A stretch of 64,000 nt of DNA from Eledone cirrhosa (Eukaryota): positions 88,164,001-88,228,000 of the forward strand of contig OZ024741.1 of NCBI GenBank assembly GCA_964016885.1, read 5' to 3'. The position numbers were made by a program, and so were the translations under genes. Of this stretch, positions 1-12,854 are shown one piece after another. The notes beneath the pieces are model-generated. The model was not told the DNA's origin, ran no database searches, and saw only the letters and a list, made by a program, of their open reading frames with translations. Position 1 is the stretch's first letter. Every line of letters begins with the position of its first letter.

Positions 1-620
1 ATATGACATCCTCTCCAGTATTGGTGATCTACACAAGAAACACACCTAGCACAGGCTGTAAAGTGGTTGGTGATGGGAAGGGCATCTAGTCAAAGCTTCC
101 CAAACAAAGGGTTGGGAAGAGCCTTCAGATGTGTCAAGGACATGGCAACCTTAGTGTTGGTGATCTACATGATAAATGCACCCAGTACATGCTGTAAATT
201 GGTTGGTGATAGAAAGCACATCCAATCATAGAAAACTTGCTGAACAAAAGGTTGGGAGGACCCTCCAGTTATATCAAAGACATGACAACCTCCCTAGTGT
301 TGGTGATCTACATGATAAAGGCACCCAGTACACGCTGTAAAGTAGTTGATGTTAGGAAAGGCATCCAACTGTAGTGCTTGCCAAACAAAAGGTTGGGAAG
401 ATCCTCTAGTTATGTCACTGACATAACCTCTTTAGTGTTGCTGCCATGATAAAATGCATTTGGTAGAACGCCAAACTGTAATTAGTGAAATGTGAACCTC
501 CAGCTTGTCTGGGAGATCAGTGGCCCCCACTTCAGTACAGACTCGGTTTGTGAAGACCCCATCCAACTCTTAGTAGCAGGGAAAGTGGGCGTTAAATGAT
601 GATGATGATGATGATGATGA
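1..620 (+). repeat. Tandem repeat of about 139 bp (3+ units) from a SINE/RTE-type tail, ending in (GAT)n
   Basis: Units start at about 3, 142, 281 and 419; terminal gggcgttaaatgatgatg; a single-unit homologue lies at about 18163-18380. Confidence 0.85.
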
Positions 621-1067
621 TTGTGGTGGTGATGGGATTGCATGTTACTTTTTCTTATTAAAATGAGTAAATAGATATATTGCAGCATATTAAAGATTAC
701 TGTGTATACTTGAATATAAGCTGAGGAATATTTAACCAAAAAATGGATGGTACATGGGGTCGGGGATTTGGCTTATATTCAAGTCATTATTTTGATGATT
801 TTCACCAACTCCAAATTCTATGTAAATAGGGTTTGGATTTTTACCCATTTCTCATAAAGGGTCAACTTATATTTGAGTATATACAGTAATTTTGTTTTTA
901 ACTATAAATTATTACAGTCGGATAACCTTGCTGCTGACCACTCAACCACATACTAGAAGTGGTACTTGTTTTTGTCACAGTACAATGTGAATATAGTCCC
1001 CAACACCTTAACTCCGGTCCATTGTCTTTTATAAATTTTTGGCTATTACATTTAGAGGAAGAGGGTT

Positions 1068-1348
1068 GATTTGGCAGAGTCTTTAGAGAATTGGATATTT
1101 GTTCCAGGTCTCTGAGTTCAAATCCTGACAAGATCCATTTTGCTTTTCATTCTTTTGGGATCTGTAAAGTACCAATCCAGTACTTGTACAGCCCTTTTTC
1201 CTTCCAGTTGTCACATCCTGAATGTATCATTAGATCAAAGGAGTGGGTTGTAGAGGGTGTCTGTGTCTGCTTGCATAGGTATCTAAAACTCTTAACAAAA
1301 GCATGGTACATACTACCAAGTCATACTTGATTATATGTGGTGGCTGTA
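1068..1348 (+). mobile_element. SINE with family-A head and a distinct tail (copies at about 44060-44358 and 58905-59196)
   Basis: Shared tail gtcacatcctg..atctaaaac(c/t)ctta..gcatggtacat(a/g)ctaccaagt in three places. Confidence 0.75.
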
Positions 1349-1710
1349 CTTTTTACATTTAGAGGACAAATGTCTCAGACAATTATTTTCAATAATTCTT
1401 TCTAACATTGGCACAAGGCCAGCAATTTTGGGGAAGAAGAAAGTTAATTATATTGATCTCAGTACTCTGAACTGGTACTTTATCTTGACTCTGGAAGGAT
1501 GAAAACCAGATTTTCCCTTGGTGGGATTGAACTCAACATAGAAAGTTGTAACTAAATGCCACAAAGCATTTTATCTGATGCTCTACTAATACTGCCAATC
1601 CACTGCTCTAATCATTTTTGAGAATAAAAATTAATCATTACAGTTATGTTGAATTATTGTTTCATTAATTTATTTTGCATTTCCTTTTCTTTGTTTTAAT
1701 TTTTTTCTAG

Positions 1711-1805
1711 TTATCTACATTCCTGTGACCCACCTATTATCCATGGTAACCTCACCTGTGATACTATTTTCATCCAACACAATGGACTGGTCAAGATTGG
1801 TTCAG
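1711..1805 (+). CDS. NRBP1: Internal coding exon (95 nt, phase 2 to phase 1) of nuclear receptor-binding protein (NRBP/Madm) pseudokinase
   Basis: Acceptor ttttttctag at 1701-1710 and donor CAG|gtaaac at 1806. Translation (S)[31 protein letters not shown] matches the diagnostic NRBP degenerate catalytic loop ([10 protein letters not shown]) and KIGS in place of DFG. Confidence 0.96.
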
Positions 1806-2699
1806 GTAAACATAGTAAACAACATTCAAATATTTATACCATAACCACCTGTTTCCTACATGTGTGCCTGTGTATGTATGTTTCATATACATATATTATA
1901 TTCCTTCATCACTCTGTGTGTTACCTTTTTCTTTTTCAAACATTTAGTTTAGTTTTCATTCCCTTCTGTTAATCATGTTTTAAATCTAGTTATTTTTTAA
2001 TGTCTCAAGCAATGTTGATTTCACTTTTTTTTTTCAAAACATGAACATTTTATTTGCAATCATTGGTATAAAATTCCTGTGTGGGGATTTTTACAAAACT
2101 ATTATACTTTTCATCTCCCAACTCTTAATCAATATATTTCATGGGATATATTTGGTTAGGGCAAGGACTTCATTTTTTTAAACAGTAATCTTTGTCAAAT
2201 TAGAGGGTCATTTTAAGTCATCATCTCCAAAGTATTTATTAACTCTAAGCTTATCAGTTCAGATTCATTCATATGTTTTTACTATCAATTTCAATATTAC
2301 ACTCCAACACAGACATAGTTAACCTTTAACTGACCTGCTCATTGGTGAATAAATAAGGGGATCTGAAATGTTCTAAGCTAAGGGATAAACTTTAATTCTT
2401 ACACCATACAAATTAATATCCCTTGTAAAGCCTACAGAAGTTCAACTCTTTTCTTAGATGTCTGTTCATTCATTTATGAGGAATCATATAATCTATTTAT
2501 GATAGCAGTAGATAGATATCATACATAAAAGTTTATGTACTGATCAGTTGATTTTCTATATACACAAAGGAAAGAATAGGCATTGTTGATTTCAGTGGCC
2601 TATTTTAGAAGGTCACCATTTAGACATAAGACATCTGATTCAGGATTCCAAAATTAGTTATTCAGAGAATCTTAGCATTCTCTATTGCTGTATAATGGA

Positions 2700-3045
2700 G
2701 TCTGTGGACTGATTAAGAAATTCATTTCACAATCATTAGGTCCTGGGTTCAATCCCACTGTGTTGCATTGTGGGCAAGTGTCATTTACCATAGCCTCTGG
2801 TTAACCCAAACCTTATAAGTGAAATTGGATAAACGGAAACTTTGGAATCCCATTGGATGAACTGTATCTTTAATTCTAAGTGCCAGCCTTGTCATACACT
2901 GTCATGCTGAATCTCCTTAAGAATAGATTAAGAATACATGTTCCTGGTGAATGCTCAGTCACTTTCACGTTCATTTCATGAGCAAGCTGCTTCGTTGATC
3001 AAACAAATGGGACACTCATTGTTAAAGCTGGCATAGATCCATTCC
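2700..3045 (+). mobile_element. tRNA-derived SINE family C (copies at about 4820-4980-, 9640-9770-, 11220-11545+, 24030-24360+, 28355-28510-, 51740-52045+)
   Basis: gggttcaatcccactg B box; gggcaagtgtc..ctatagcc..ccttgtgagtgaaatt..gatggaaactg body shared among copies. Confidence 0.85.
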
Positions 3046-4501
3046 ATGATGTTAGTATTGAATTCTTTAGTAAAGAATCTTTGCTAATTTCTGTTATTGA
3101 TATGAAATTGCTCATTTTGAAATAATGTATGTGCTGTAATAATAGTCTAACCCATTTGATTACTCATTTGAATTACTGGTTTCACAAAATTAAAAGTATC
3201 CTATTATAAAATTTCTTACCTGATGAATTATCAAAATTAAAGCCACTCATGAAACAGCTATAACACTACATGCATGCATATATACTCATCCTTCTACAAT
3301 CAATTTTATGTTCACTCAAGCACACAGTTGTAGACACACCTCTATGCACATATGCAACAAACTACTCTATAGATTAAAGGAGTGTAGATATGTTTACAGA
3401 CAGTGTTTGTAAATAAATGTTAAGGGATATTATAGTAAACCACTTCTTAGAACAGACAAAAGAATGGTTAGGAGTTCAGTTATTATCATTATTTATCTAC
3501 ATATAACCTAATGTGGTATGTGTTATTTAATAGTATGTATGTTGTATATTCTGAAAACAGCGGTTAAAAGGGTTTGAAGTTTTAATGTGGCTGACTATTT
3601 GTGGCATAGGTCAGTGTATGCAAGAGACATATATCTGCTATGGAAACATGTGAGATATGAGTGGCTATTGTTGGACGAATGAAATATCTAGTGGAGAAGG
3701 TTGAATATGGTAAGATCAAGACACATGAGATGACTGGTTAAATTATATTTTGGAACATTGGAAGATGGAGTTGTTAGTTGGGTCACAGTTACCTGTGGAC
3801 CACTACTAACTTAATCATTTTAGCAGAGAGAGATGACTGGAGATGTAGGGCTCGGAGAGATTTGAAATGAAGTAATTATATCAGACTTGGACGTTGACAA
3901 TTCATAAGGTATTGAGAACAAGGTAATCTAAATAATACATTTTTGAGATGTGAGCATTTCAGTTTGATGATGAAGAGTTCCAGTTCAAAGTTGAATATCT
4001 GTAGTTTATAAATACTTGAAACTATACTGTACCATACACAAGCATCCAACTAATATCAGTGTAAAAAGACAGGCATTAACTGATGATGATAATGAGGGTG
4101 ATGGTTTTCTTTTTTTTTAAAATGCCGTAAATAATTTGTTTTCACTATACATTTCAAGACACTGTTGTGTGTATGTAGGAGAGAGAGAGAGAGAGAGAGA
4201 GATAATGTGGGTGTGAGAGTGAACAGGAATGGTTATAAAGTTTTTAATAATATATAATCACTTTTTAGTACATACATAGCTAAATTGGATTTATTTCCTT
4301 TTTGGCATTCATTATTTTAGGAAATCATCTCTCTCTCTCTCTCTCTCCTTTAGTGAATGGAAGAATTCCTCTCTATTCTACCAAATAAACCAATAAATAA
4401 ATTACTGACCAATTACTATCAGTGCTAATGTTTCTGAAGCTTTTAAATTATTCCAGACCAAATAGCTAGCCAAAAGTGCCTGTCTCTACTACTTTTTTCA
4501 G

Positions 4502-4517
4502 CTACAAGACTCGTTAA
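4502..4517 (+). CDS. Candidate 16-nt microexon (phase 1 to 2; ATRLV)
   Basis: tgcctgtctctactacttttttcag|CTACAAGACTCGTTAA|gtaaat. Confidence 0.25.
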
Positions 4518-5352
4518 GTAAATGATTGTACACAGTTTTTTTTTTTTTCTTTTTTTTGCTGCCCCTCCCACCCAAGAAGTGTTTGGAAACTTGTATGAAA
4601 TATGTTAATTATTGTTGTTGGGGATGTTTTAATTATTATTAGTTTAACATTTAGTATTGTTTTTGGTTGATTACAGAATCATTAGACTATATGGAAAATT
4701 GCCTTGCAGTATTTAGTTTTATCCCTTTACAAACTGTTCAAATCCTATTGAGATCGGCTTAGCCTTTCATCCTTCTAAGGAAAATGTCAATAATATATGT
4801 CCTATATATTACACACACACATGGGCTTCAGTACAGTTTCTATCTACCAAGTTCCAAGAAGACCTTGGTCAGCCTGAAGCAGTGGTAGACAATGCTTGAC
4901 TAAGGTGCCATGCAGTGGAATCAAACTCGGAACCCTGTGATTGTGAAGCTAATTCCTTAACCCCATAGTCATGCCTGTACCCATAGCCATGATGTTCAGT
5001 GTGAACTTCTGCAATCTAGTGGTTGAGAGAAAAACATCAGACGGCTATGTTGAGCATCAAAGGTGTGATTTTTGGAAAAAAGGGTTAGCTAAATGATATT
5101 TGGATCATCGGAATAATGGACTGAAAAGTGACATAAATAAAATGTTGTTATTCTACAGTTATTATTATTATTATTTTAAGCCCATTTTTACATGCTGGCA
5201 TTTTATGTTAACTCTTTGAGTGTCAGTGGTATTTTTTTATATTTTACTGCTCCAGATTAGGATGACGCATTTCAGCATTTAAAAAAATTTTTCTTTTTAA
5301 TAACACAAAAGTTAAATCAAATTTGCTCTATTTTCTTTGTCTAGACTTATGT

Positions 5353-5454
5353 TTAACTCTTCTTTGCTTTGAGTGCCAAAAATGTACTGGTATGTTTTTG
5401 GAACTCTTTCAGTGCCAAAAGCATGTCAGTACATATTTGGCACTCAGTGAGTTA
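5353..5454. mobile_element. Small palindromic TTAA-flanked MITE
   Basis: 35-bp arms gagtgccaaaaatgtactggtatgtttttggaact / agtgccaaaagcatgtcagtacatatttggcactc. Confidence 0.7.
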
Positions 5455-6187
5455 AGCAGATATATTTTTAAAAAAGTAAGGAACGTTCAATACAGGAGAT
5501 AAAACCAGTTTCAAACCTCATTTACACACTCTGACATGTAAGATTTAAGTTCTTCGCACATCCATGGATACAAAACCTTGGATACATCATCAGTGTTCTA
5601 TCTTGGAGTCACTGGATGTTTCAGGTCTTACATTAAACACCCTCATTCAGGTGACTCAATCAAGGTTGATCAAGCCTCAGTCAGTGTCCAATTGGCATAC
5701 ATACTACTGAATTCACCAGTCACTTCTCTTCAGCCATAGCCATCTAGATGCCCTGTCTGCTGATTATATGTAGAATATTGGAAATCTATATTCCGGCCAA
5801 TTTGTTTTCTAGTTTTTATAATACTGTTGTGATAAGCACCATCTCGATAAACTGAGTACATATATAGCCAAACACATGATGCTTACATGGTCATTCAATT
5901 GTCTAAAATAACAATCAAATCTTCAAATCACACACTACTGCCTTGAAAAGTTAAGGACATATTAGATAATGTAGTTCTAGATATATTACATTTGCAAAAA
6001 ATACATTATAGTCATGGCTAGCACACCTTCAATTATAGGTCTACCTGGATCAGGGCTGACCTGAAATTAAACAAATACAAGTGGATCCATACTGTAGTGT
6101 TTGTCACTAAGAAAATACATAAATTTCAAAGCTCTCTATTGCCTAACCTCTATCAGTATCAGGTTTGATGTTTGTATTAAAAATTAC

Positions 6188-6620
6188 TGGTGGATTGGCA
6201 GTATCGGTAGAGGGTCGGACGCCATGCTTTCCAGCATAGTTACGTCCCTTTACGATCTGAGTTCAAATCCCGCCGAGGTTGACTTTGCCTTTCATCCTTA
6301 CGGGGTCGATAAAATAAAGTACCAGTAATGCACTGGGTAATTGCTGGCCTTGTGCCTAAAGTAGAAACAATTATTATTAGTGTCATTAAAAAAGCAATGA
6401 ATTGGCAGTATCAGTAGTGTCAGACAACATGCTTTGCAGCATATAGTTGCATCGATTTATGTTCTGAGATCAAATCCCACTGAGCTAACTTTGCCTTTCA
6501 TCCTTACGGAGGGTCAATAAAATAAAGTGCCAGTAACGCACTGGGGTCGATTTAATTGACTTTCCTCTCCCCAACATTGCTGGCCGTGTGCCTATAGTAG
6601 AAATCATTATTATTATTATT
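6188..6620 (+). mobile_element. Two tandem copies of tRNA-derived SINE family A. Dozens more copies occur on both strands, e.g. 1401-1600(-), 14190-14400(+), 16465-16665(-), 16885-17075(-), 32418-32625(+), 32990-33170(+), 54769-54980(+).
   Basis: A-box-like TGGCAGTATCGGTAG, B-box GAGTTCAAATCC, conserved body tttgcctttcatccttacggggtcgataaaataaagtaccag (Meta/MESC-like domain, from memory), (ATT)n tail. Confidence 0.9.
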
Positions 6621-7550
6621 ATTAAAACGGAAATAGTAGAGTAACAGCATGTATACTTTACTGTATTTAGTTTCGCATTCTGAGTTCAAATCCTTTATAG
6701 TTTGGTTGACTTTGTTTTTTATGTCACTATGGTCAGTAAAATAAGTTCCAGTTATGTACTGGGTCAGTTGTTATTTAGGACTAGGTAGGTGGTTACTGAT
6801 CATGTGGTTCTATGATGATAAGATATGATTTCAAGGTGATTTAGCTGTTATTTCCTGCAGGTTGAGCGACTATACAATCTCCTTTTTTTTTCCAAAGTAA
6901 TCCAGTAAACCTTCCTTGAATAATCATGACTGCCCAACATGCTATCTCCATTTTAATCCTAGTAGTTTGTCTGTTGAGGAGGATTTGACTAAGACCAAGT
7001 GACCATGTTGCAGTTGTCTCATTGGTTCACATATCAGAGAACTCAGCAGATGATGAACTAATTGTGGTCAAAACAGAGACAAAGCCTTGCCGAAAATTAC
7101 TATGTGAAGGCATGTGGCCTAGTGGTAAGGGTGTTGGACTTATGATCATAATGTCATGGATTCAATTCTTGGACTTGGTTTGTTGTGTTCTTGAGCAAAA
7201 CACTTCATCTCATGTTGCTCCAGTATACTCAGCTGAAAATGAGTATCAGCAATAGTTGGGGGTTTAACCCTGCTGCCCTGTCCAGGAGGTAGTCTTGTAC
7301 TCTGTCACTTAATGCTATGGAAACCAGGATAAACACTAGCCTAAAACGTTTTAAAATGACCAAGTCTAAATATGTAGGCTTTGGAGGAAGAAGGCAGAGA
7401 GCCACATATACGATGGTGATACTGAATCTTTATCTGAGTGAAGCTGAGTACATCCATTATTGGAATCTTGACCCTTGATTTTTGAGGTCATGGTTCAAAG
7501 GATTGAGCATGATACTTAACTGTACTTGTCAGAAATTTTGTTTTTTTTAA

Positions 7551-7788
7551 CTCTTAGCATCTTGTAAATATCTAAAAACAGGTTTGTTAATTCAAATGTT
7601 TATAATATTTTTTTTTATTAGTGGACAGATTGTGAAAATTTGCAGTATTAGAGTATCTTCACTAAGTAGGCAGATCATTGGGAGAATTTGCAGTAAACTA
7701 AAGATTTTAATTTTCAATGTCAGTGCTGTTTTGTACTTTTCAAGAATGACTTGGTAATGTGGTTTCATGTGTTACAGGATGTTAAGAG
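7551..7788. mobile_element. TTAA MITE family 3 (copies also at about 30581-30795 and 52098-52262)
   Basis: ttaa-CTCTTAGCATCTTGTAA / TTACAGGATGTTAAGAG-ttaa. Confidence 0.78.
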
Positions 7789-9396
7789 TTAATCCAGTTG
7801 TGGGCTTACTGAAGTCAATGATGATTTTCATGTCTTAAGGGGTTTTAAGTGGTCATTAATAACAATATGGGAAAATATATCATTGGTTAAACTTCATTCC
7901 CCGTGATATCAATAGAGTTGTGTGTGCACATGTGTCCGAACATGTTGGACCTCTTTTAGTGCCAATGACGAATTTTCCACTTGTTCAATCAATGAAACTG
8001 ACTGTCCATGAAATTACTATGTAAATGGCTGAGCATTCCACAGGTACATGCACACTTAACATAATCTCAGGGAGATTCAACATGACATGGTATGTGACCA
8101 GGCTGGCTCTTCAAATTACAGGTACAACTAATTTTAGCCAGTTGAGTGGGCTAGGGTAACATGAAATAAAGTGTCTTGCTTAATGAAACAATGTGACACT
8201 GGAAATTGAACTCATGATGTTCAGATCATGAGCTGAACACCCTAACCACTAAGTCATGTGCCTTTCACTTGTTTTTTCTAGGAATTGAATTATCGTAAGA
8301 TCTAACCTACAGTTATATGGATTATGTTTAACAGACATCAGTTAGCTTGTAACCCATGTCAAGAAAAAATAGCACATGTAAACATTATGTGTACACACAC
8401 ACACACGCATGCTCATATATTTAGTGAAGTTTTGGAATTTCTCCAAATACTATTGTTGTTGTTGTCTTTGTTTGTTTGAATATCTTTTGGTATTGTTGAC
8501 AAAGTATTGTTTGGTTTTTGTTTCCAAGTGTAATATTAATATAAATATCACCTACTTTGTAAATACCTGAACAAATTTAGCTAGAGACCTTGCAAATATC
8601 ACAGACTACAAGAAACATTATGGTAAACACATGTTTGCTATTGTTATAAATAAACAAATGGGCCAGAACATGTAGGAAGAAGTAGAAACTCTGTGAATCA
8701 CTCCTTATACTTCTTGATTGGCAATGGAGATTATTGCATCAGCTTGTGTGTAGATATTTTTCTTGAGTATTTTAATCCTTTTGGTACCAACCATCTGAAA
8801 CTGCTCGTTTTTCTACGATATGTTTGTTTAATGATTATATTTATATAAAAACCTTCCATCAAAATTAATGTAAGAACCTTTGTTATGTTCCAAAGACCAG
8901 CTTAATGCTTTAAGAATTATTGCTATACTTTATTCAATTAGACAAGGATTACTTTATCTTGATACCAAACCACCTCTGATTTAATGATACAAAGTTGTAT
9001 ATTCAAAAGTGTTTATATTTATATGAAAACCTCTGATCATAATTTTATGTAAGAACTTTTGTTAAGCTATGTTCTGAACACCAGCTTACTAATGATTCAG
9101 GTCTGGAGGAGATGGATTAGGAAATCTTTAGAGATGAAGTGAGGAAGGGCTGCTGACATAACTACTAGGTAGTGTGCAGGTGTGATCTGAGCTATGTTGG
9201 AAGACATAGCATTATGTTATAGCTGCATAGGAAAACCATGGTTGACGAGGGAGGGGGTGACTGTCACCTGTGACAGTCCATAAATCATGATTTTCAACAT
9301 CGCTGGCATAGGTTGACATACTCTTTGAGGTTGTATCCTATCACCAAATGTTATGTTAATGTGAAGATATATGCACACACGCACACAAATATATAG

Positions 9397-9559
9397 TTAT
9401 ACTTTGGGAGGATCGTGCTGCCAATAAAAACACAAGCACCTGTTGGATTTTGTTTCAATTTATTATAAACTCCCAGCGACTAGAAGTTTATAATAAATTG
9501 AAGTGAAATTCAACAGGTGCTTGTGTTTTTATTGGCAGCATGACCACCCAAAGTATAAC
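9397..9559. repeat. Long near-perfect inverted repeat (arms of about 80 bp, 3-nt loop)
   Basis: gttatactttggg...ttataaact / agtttataa...cccaaagtataac. Confidence 0.95.
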
Positions 9560-10056
9560 AATATGTTTCAACACACATTTTCAGATAAGAAATCTTGCAA
9601 AACAAATACAAAAACTAAGTGTGCATGTGTGTGACAGGCTTCTGCACAGTTTCCATCTACCAAATGCACTCACAAGACATTTGCCAAAGGTACCACACAA
9701 TGGAATTGAAACAAACCCAAAGCCATGTGATTACAAAGCAAACCTTTTAACCACATGGCCATGTCTGCACCTGTATTAAAATTCAATAAACCTATTTTAA
9801 ATGCCTGTAATGTTGAAATAGCTGAACTCCTTGATCTCCTATTGTTTTCCATCTGGGACACCATGGCAGTGACAACAAAAACTTTTTATACCAACATTTA
9901 GTTGTGTTGTTACTACTGTATATTACTGTCTTTCACTATTGTAAGGTTGTTTTCTTAGAGCTTAGTTAGCTGTTGGCTATGATCTAAAGTACTCTTTGTG
10001 GTCCCCCCTTCCCCCTTTATTCCCCCATTCCCTCCCCTTTATCTCCCCCATATCCC

Positions 10057-10194
<138 letters not shown>

Positions 10195-10864
10195 GTATGT
10201 ATTTTAGTTTCCTTTTCAACTCCTGCAAGTATTCTGAAAGTCATGTTTTCTCTCTGTACTTTGTACAATATTATTTTACTTTTGCGTGTGTGTGTGTGAG
10301 AGAGAGAGAGATAGGAATGGAGTCTGTAACCAGCAACAACAACAACAAACAGCAATTAAACTTATCTAGAGTCTAGAAAAATAGCTGTTAGTAAGTCGTT
10401 ATTCTGTTATAGTGCAACAAGTGGTTGCACGTAGCAGCATTGGTATATCTAAGCAACTGGTTGTGACCTATCTCTGTGGAGGTGTTGAGTGAAGCAGTGC
10501 AGCACTGATATAGTATGCAGAGTTGCTGTTTTCTTTTTGTAACAGATAAGTCCTGTTATCTTTGTAACCTTATCAATTAATAACAGAGAAACTTCGTGTC
10601 TAAAGCTGATGATAATAGTTGGAACTTTCAATATCATATATATATGTATACGTGTGTGTGTGTGTATATATATATACACACGCACACGTGTATATGTGTG
10701 TATCTATTTAAAATGCGAATTAATCCTTTTCCATTCCTATATGAGTGGGGGTAAAGTTATTAACAAATATTTACATGTTATCAAGTTACTAAGTAAAATA
10801 TAAGATAGCGTGTAAGGTCCTAAAGAACAATTTGTTTGTTTATTTTAATCCTTCTTAATTCCAG

Positions 10865-10891
10865 TGATATTCATCTCATTATCATCATCAG
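10865..10891 (+). CDS. Candidate 27-nt frame-preserving microexon (VIFISLSSS); alternative donor after 10984 gives a 120-nt open exon
   Basis: ttttaatccttcttaattccag|TGATATTCATCTCATTATCATCATCAG|gtatca; alternative donor GAG|gtaatg. Confidence 0.25.
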
Positions 10892-11690
10892 GTATCATCT
10901 ACCCTCAACAGGTTGAATACCATGGATCGCTCTATAGTTTACTACAAGTTTACTCATGGTGGGTTTCCAGTCTTTTCCATGGAGGTAATGTTCAGATGTG
11001 TTCTCTCAATATAAAGAACCAGAACAAATACTGCAAGGTATCTTATCCTGCATTCTAACAGTGCCACTAATCCGCCCCTCAAGACTGCTGCTTTATTTAT
11101 CAACATTGAAGAGATAAAAAGCAAAGTCAACCATGGCAGGATTTAAATTCAGAATGCAGACATTTTGTCCGACACCGCCAATTTGACACCTTCCTATTAA
11201 TATTATTGAAAACTTGTGGGCACAACAAGTCCAAATGATTAAGGAGTTCACTTTGCAGTCATTAGATCCCAGGTTTAATTTCTCTGTGTGGCATCTGGGG
11301 CAAGTGCCATTTACCATAGCCTGGGTTCACCTATGCCTTGTGAGTGAAATTGGGTAGATGGAAACTGTACCTGTAATTCAAAGGAGCGTCCTTGTCATTC
11401 TGTCATGCTGAATCTCACTGAGAATTATGTTAACAGTGCATGTGTCTGTGGAATGCTCAGCCACTTGCATATTAATTTTACAAGTGGGCTTTTCTGTTGG
11501 TCAAACAACTGAAACATTCATTATTTAAACTGATGGAAGTTCATTCCACTGAAAACATAATGAAATATGTAAATTCCAATTGGTTAATGCCCCTCTAGAG
11601 ATATAGAAATTTGTGAATAAATATTCACAAATTTTGTTCAAATTGTGTCTGTGTTGTAAATAAAAGAGAGTATTAATGTAGGTTGTAGAG

Positions 11691-11879
11691 TCAGAATTCT
11701 CTCACCTCTTTCTATTTAAACTGGCTGTAACTGGCCACTCATGCTGACGTTTAGGTATTGTTCTCAAAATAAATATCAAAATTTTATAGATTCGATATTA
11801 TGTGAGATAATTATGTTAGATAAAGCCTTTGCCATGAAAATACAGTAATGTGTATAGAGTAATGTAAATGCTAAAAGGC
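11691..11879. mobile_element. piggyBac-type MITE family 1, left end missing
   Basis: cagaattctctcacctct...gtaatgtaaatgctaaaagg homologous to the other copies. Confidence 0.8.
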
Positions 11880-12119
11880 TAAATTGAATTTTTGTCACTT
11901 TCACAAAATAATACTTAAAAACCAGTCAGTGAAAATGATACGCACACAAAAGCAAACTTCAATGTATATAAAACCAACTTAGAATACTCCACACCAGCCT
12001 CCTCAGAATAGGGGGTGGTGCCTGAAAGTTGCAGTGGCATAAAACTTGATCTGTGAAGTAAAGAGAAAAACTTAGTTTCAATAAACTTTATTTGTATGTG
12101 CATGCATGTGTATATTATC

Positions 12120-12565
12120 ATTATCATCACCATGTTACATCTATTTTCTATGCATATATGGATTAGATGGGTTGTTATGTTCTAACGTTAGACAGGTTAG
12201 GACACCATGTCTTATTCCTATGTTCAGTTTTTTTAATTTAGTTTCTATGGCTGAATGCCCTTTGTAATGCCAACCACTTAATAGTGTGTATTGGGTGCAT
12301 TTTATCATGGCGCCAACACTGCCACCTTACAGGTTGAACTGGCTGCTTTTTATCATGGCACTAGCATTACCACTTTACAGGGTAGACTGGGCACTTTTTA
12401 TCATAATAATAATAATAATGAAATATTGTGTACAGTGCTCAGGTGCACTACAACATCATGGCACCAGCACTACCATATCACAGGGTAGACTTGGTAATTT
12501 TTATTGTAGCACCAGCACTACCACTTTGTAGAGTAAGCTGGGTGCATTTTATTGTGGCACCAACA
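12120..12565 (-). mobile_element. RTE-tailed SINE with internal tandem repeats of about 40 bp (forward copy at about 19475-19870)
   Basis: Repeated gggtgcattttatcatggcaccagcactaccac units. Confidence 0.75.
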
Positions 12566-12818
12566 TGTGCGTGCGTGGTTATCAAGAATATCTCCCTGTA
12601 TCAAAAACTAAATATAATTATATCTTGTTATTAAGCACATTCTGTTTCTTAAATCCTCTTACTACTATGTGTATGTGTGTGCATGTTTGTAAACAGTGTT
12701 TACTTGCATAGGTTACTAGTTAAAAGCAGACAGTTTGCATTTATGCTTTGGAAAAAAAAAGCCACTCCTTCCCTCCTTTCCCCCATAATCTTAATCCTAC
12801 ACTTCTCCTTTTTCACAG

Positions 12819-12854
12819 ATACTGGAATTTTATATCCGCTGAGCTCTGAAACTG
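12819..12854 (+). CDS. Candidate 36-nt frame-preserving cassette exon (DTGILYPLSSET)
   Basis: cttaatcctacacttctcctttttcacag|ATACTGG...GAAACTG|gtatca. Phase 1-1 and open in the NRBP frame, in unique sequence. Confidence 0.45.

Noticed and set aside
1-450. Regularly spaced repeats, CRISPR-like at first sight
   Set aside because: Whole units of about 139 bp are homologous with no unique spacers; eukaryotic context and no cas genes
482-739. His-rich ORF
   Set aside because: Derived from the (GAT)n retroposon tail
6190-6280. tRNA gene
   Set aside because: A/B boxes belong to a SINE head continuous with the SINE body; no cloverleaf
8282-8294. 13-nt AG..GTAAGA unit
   Set aside because: Acceptor tract is short and abuts a SINE end; treated as a likely pseudo-exon
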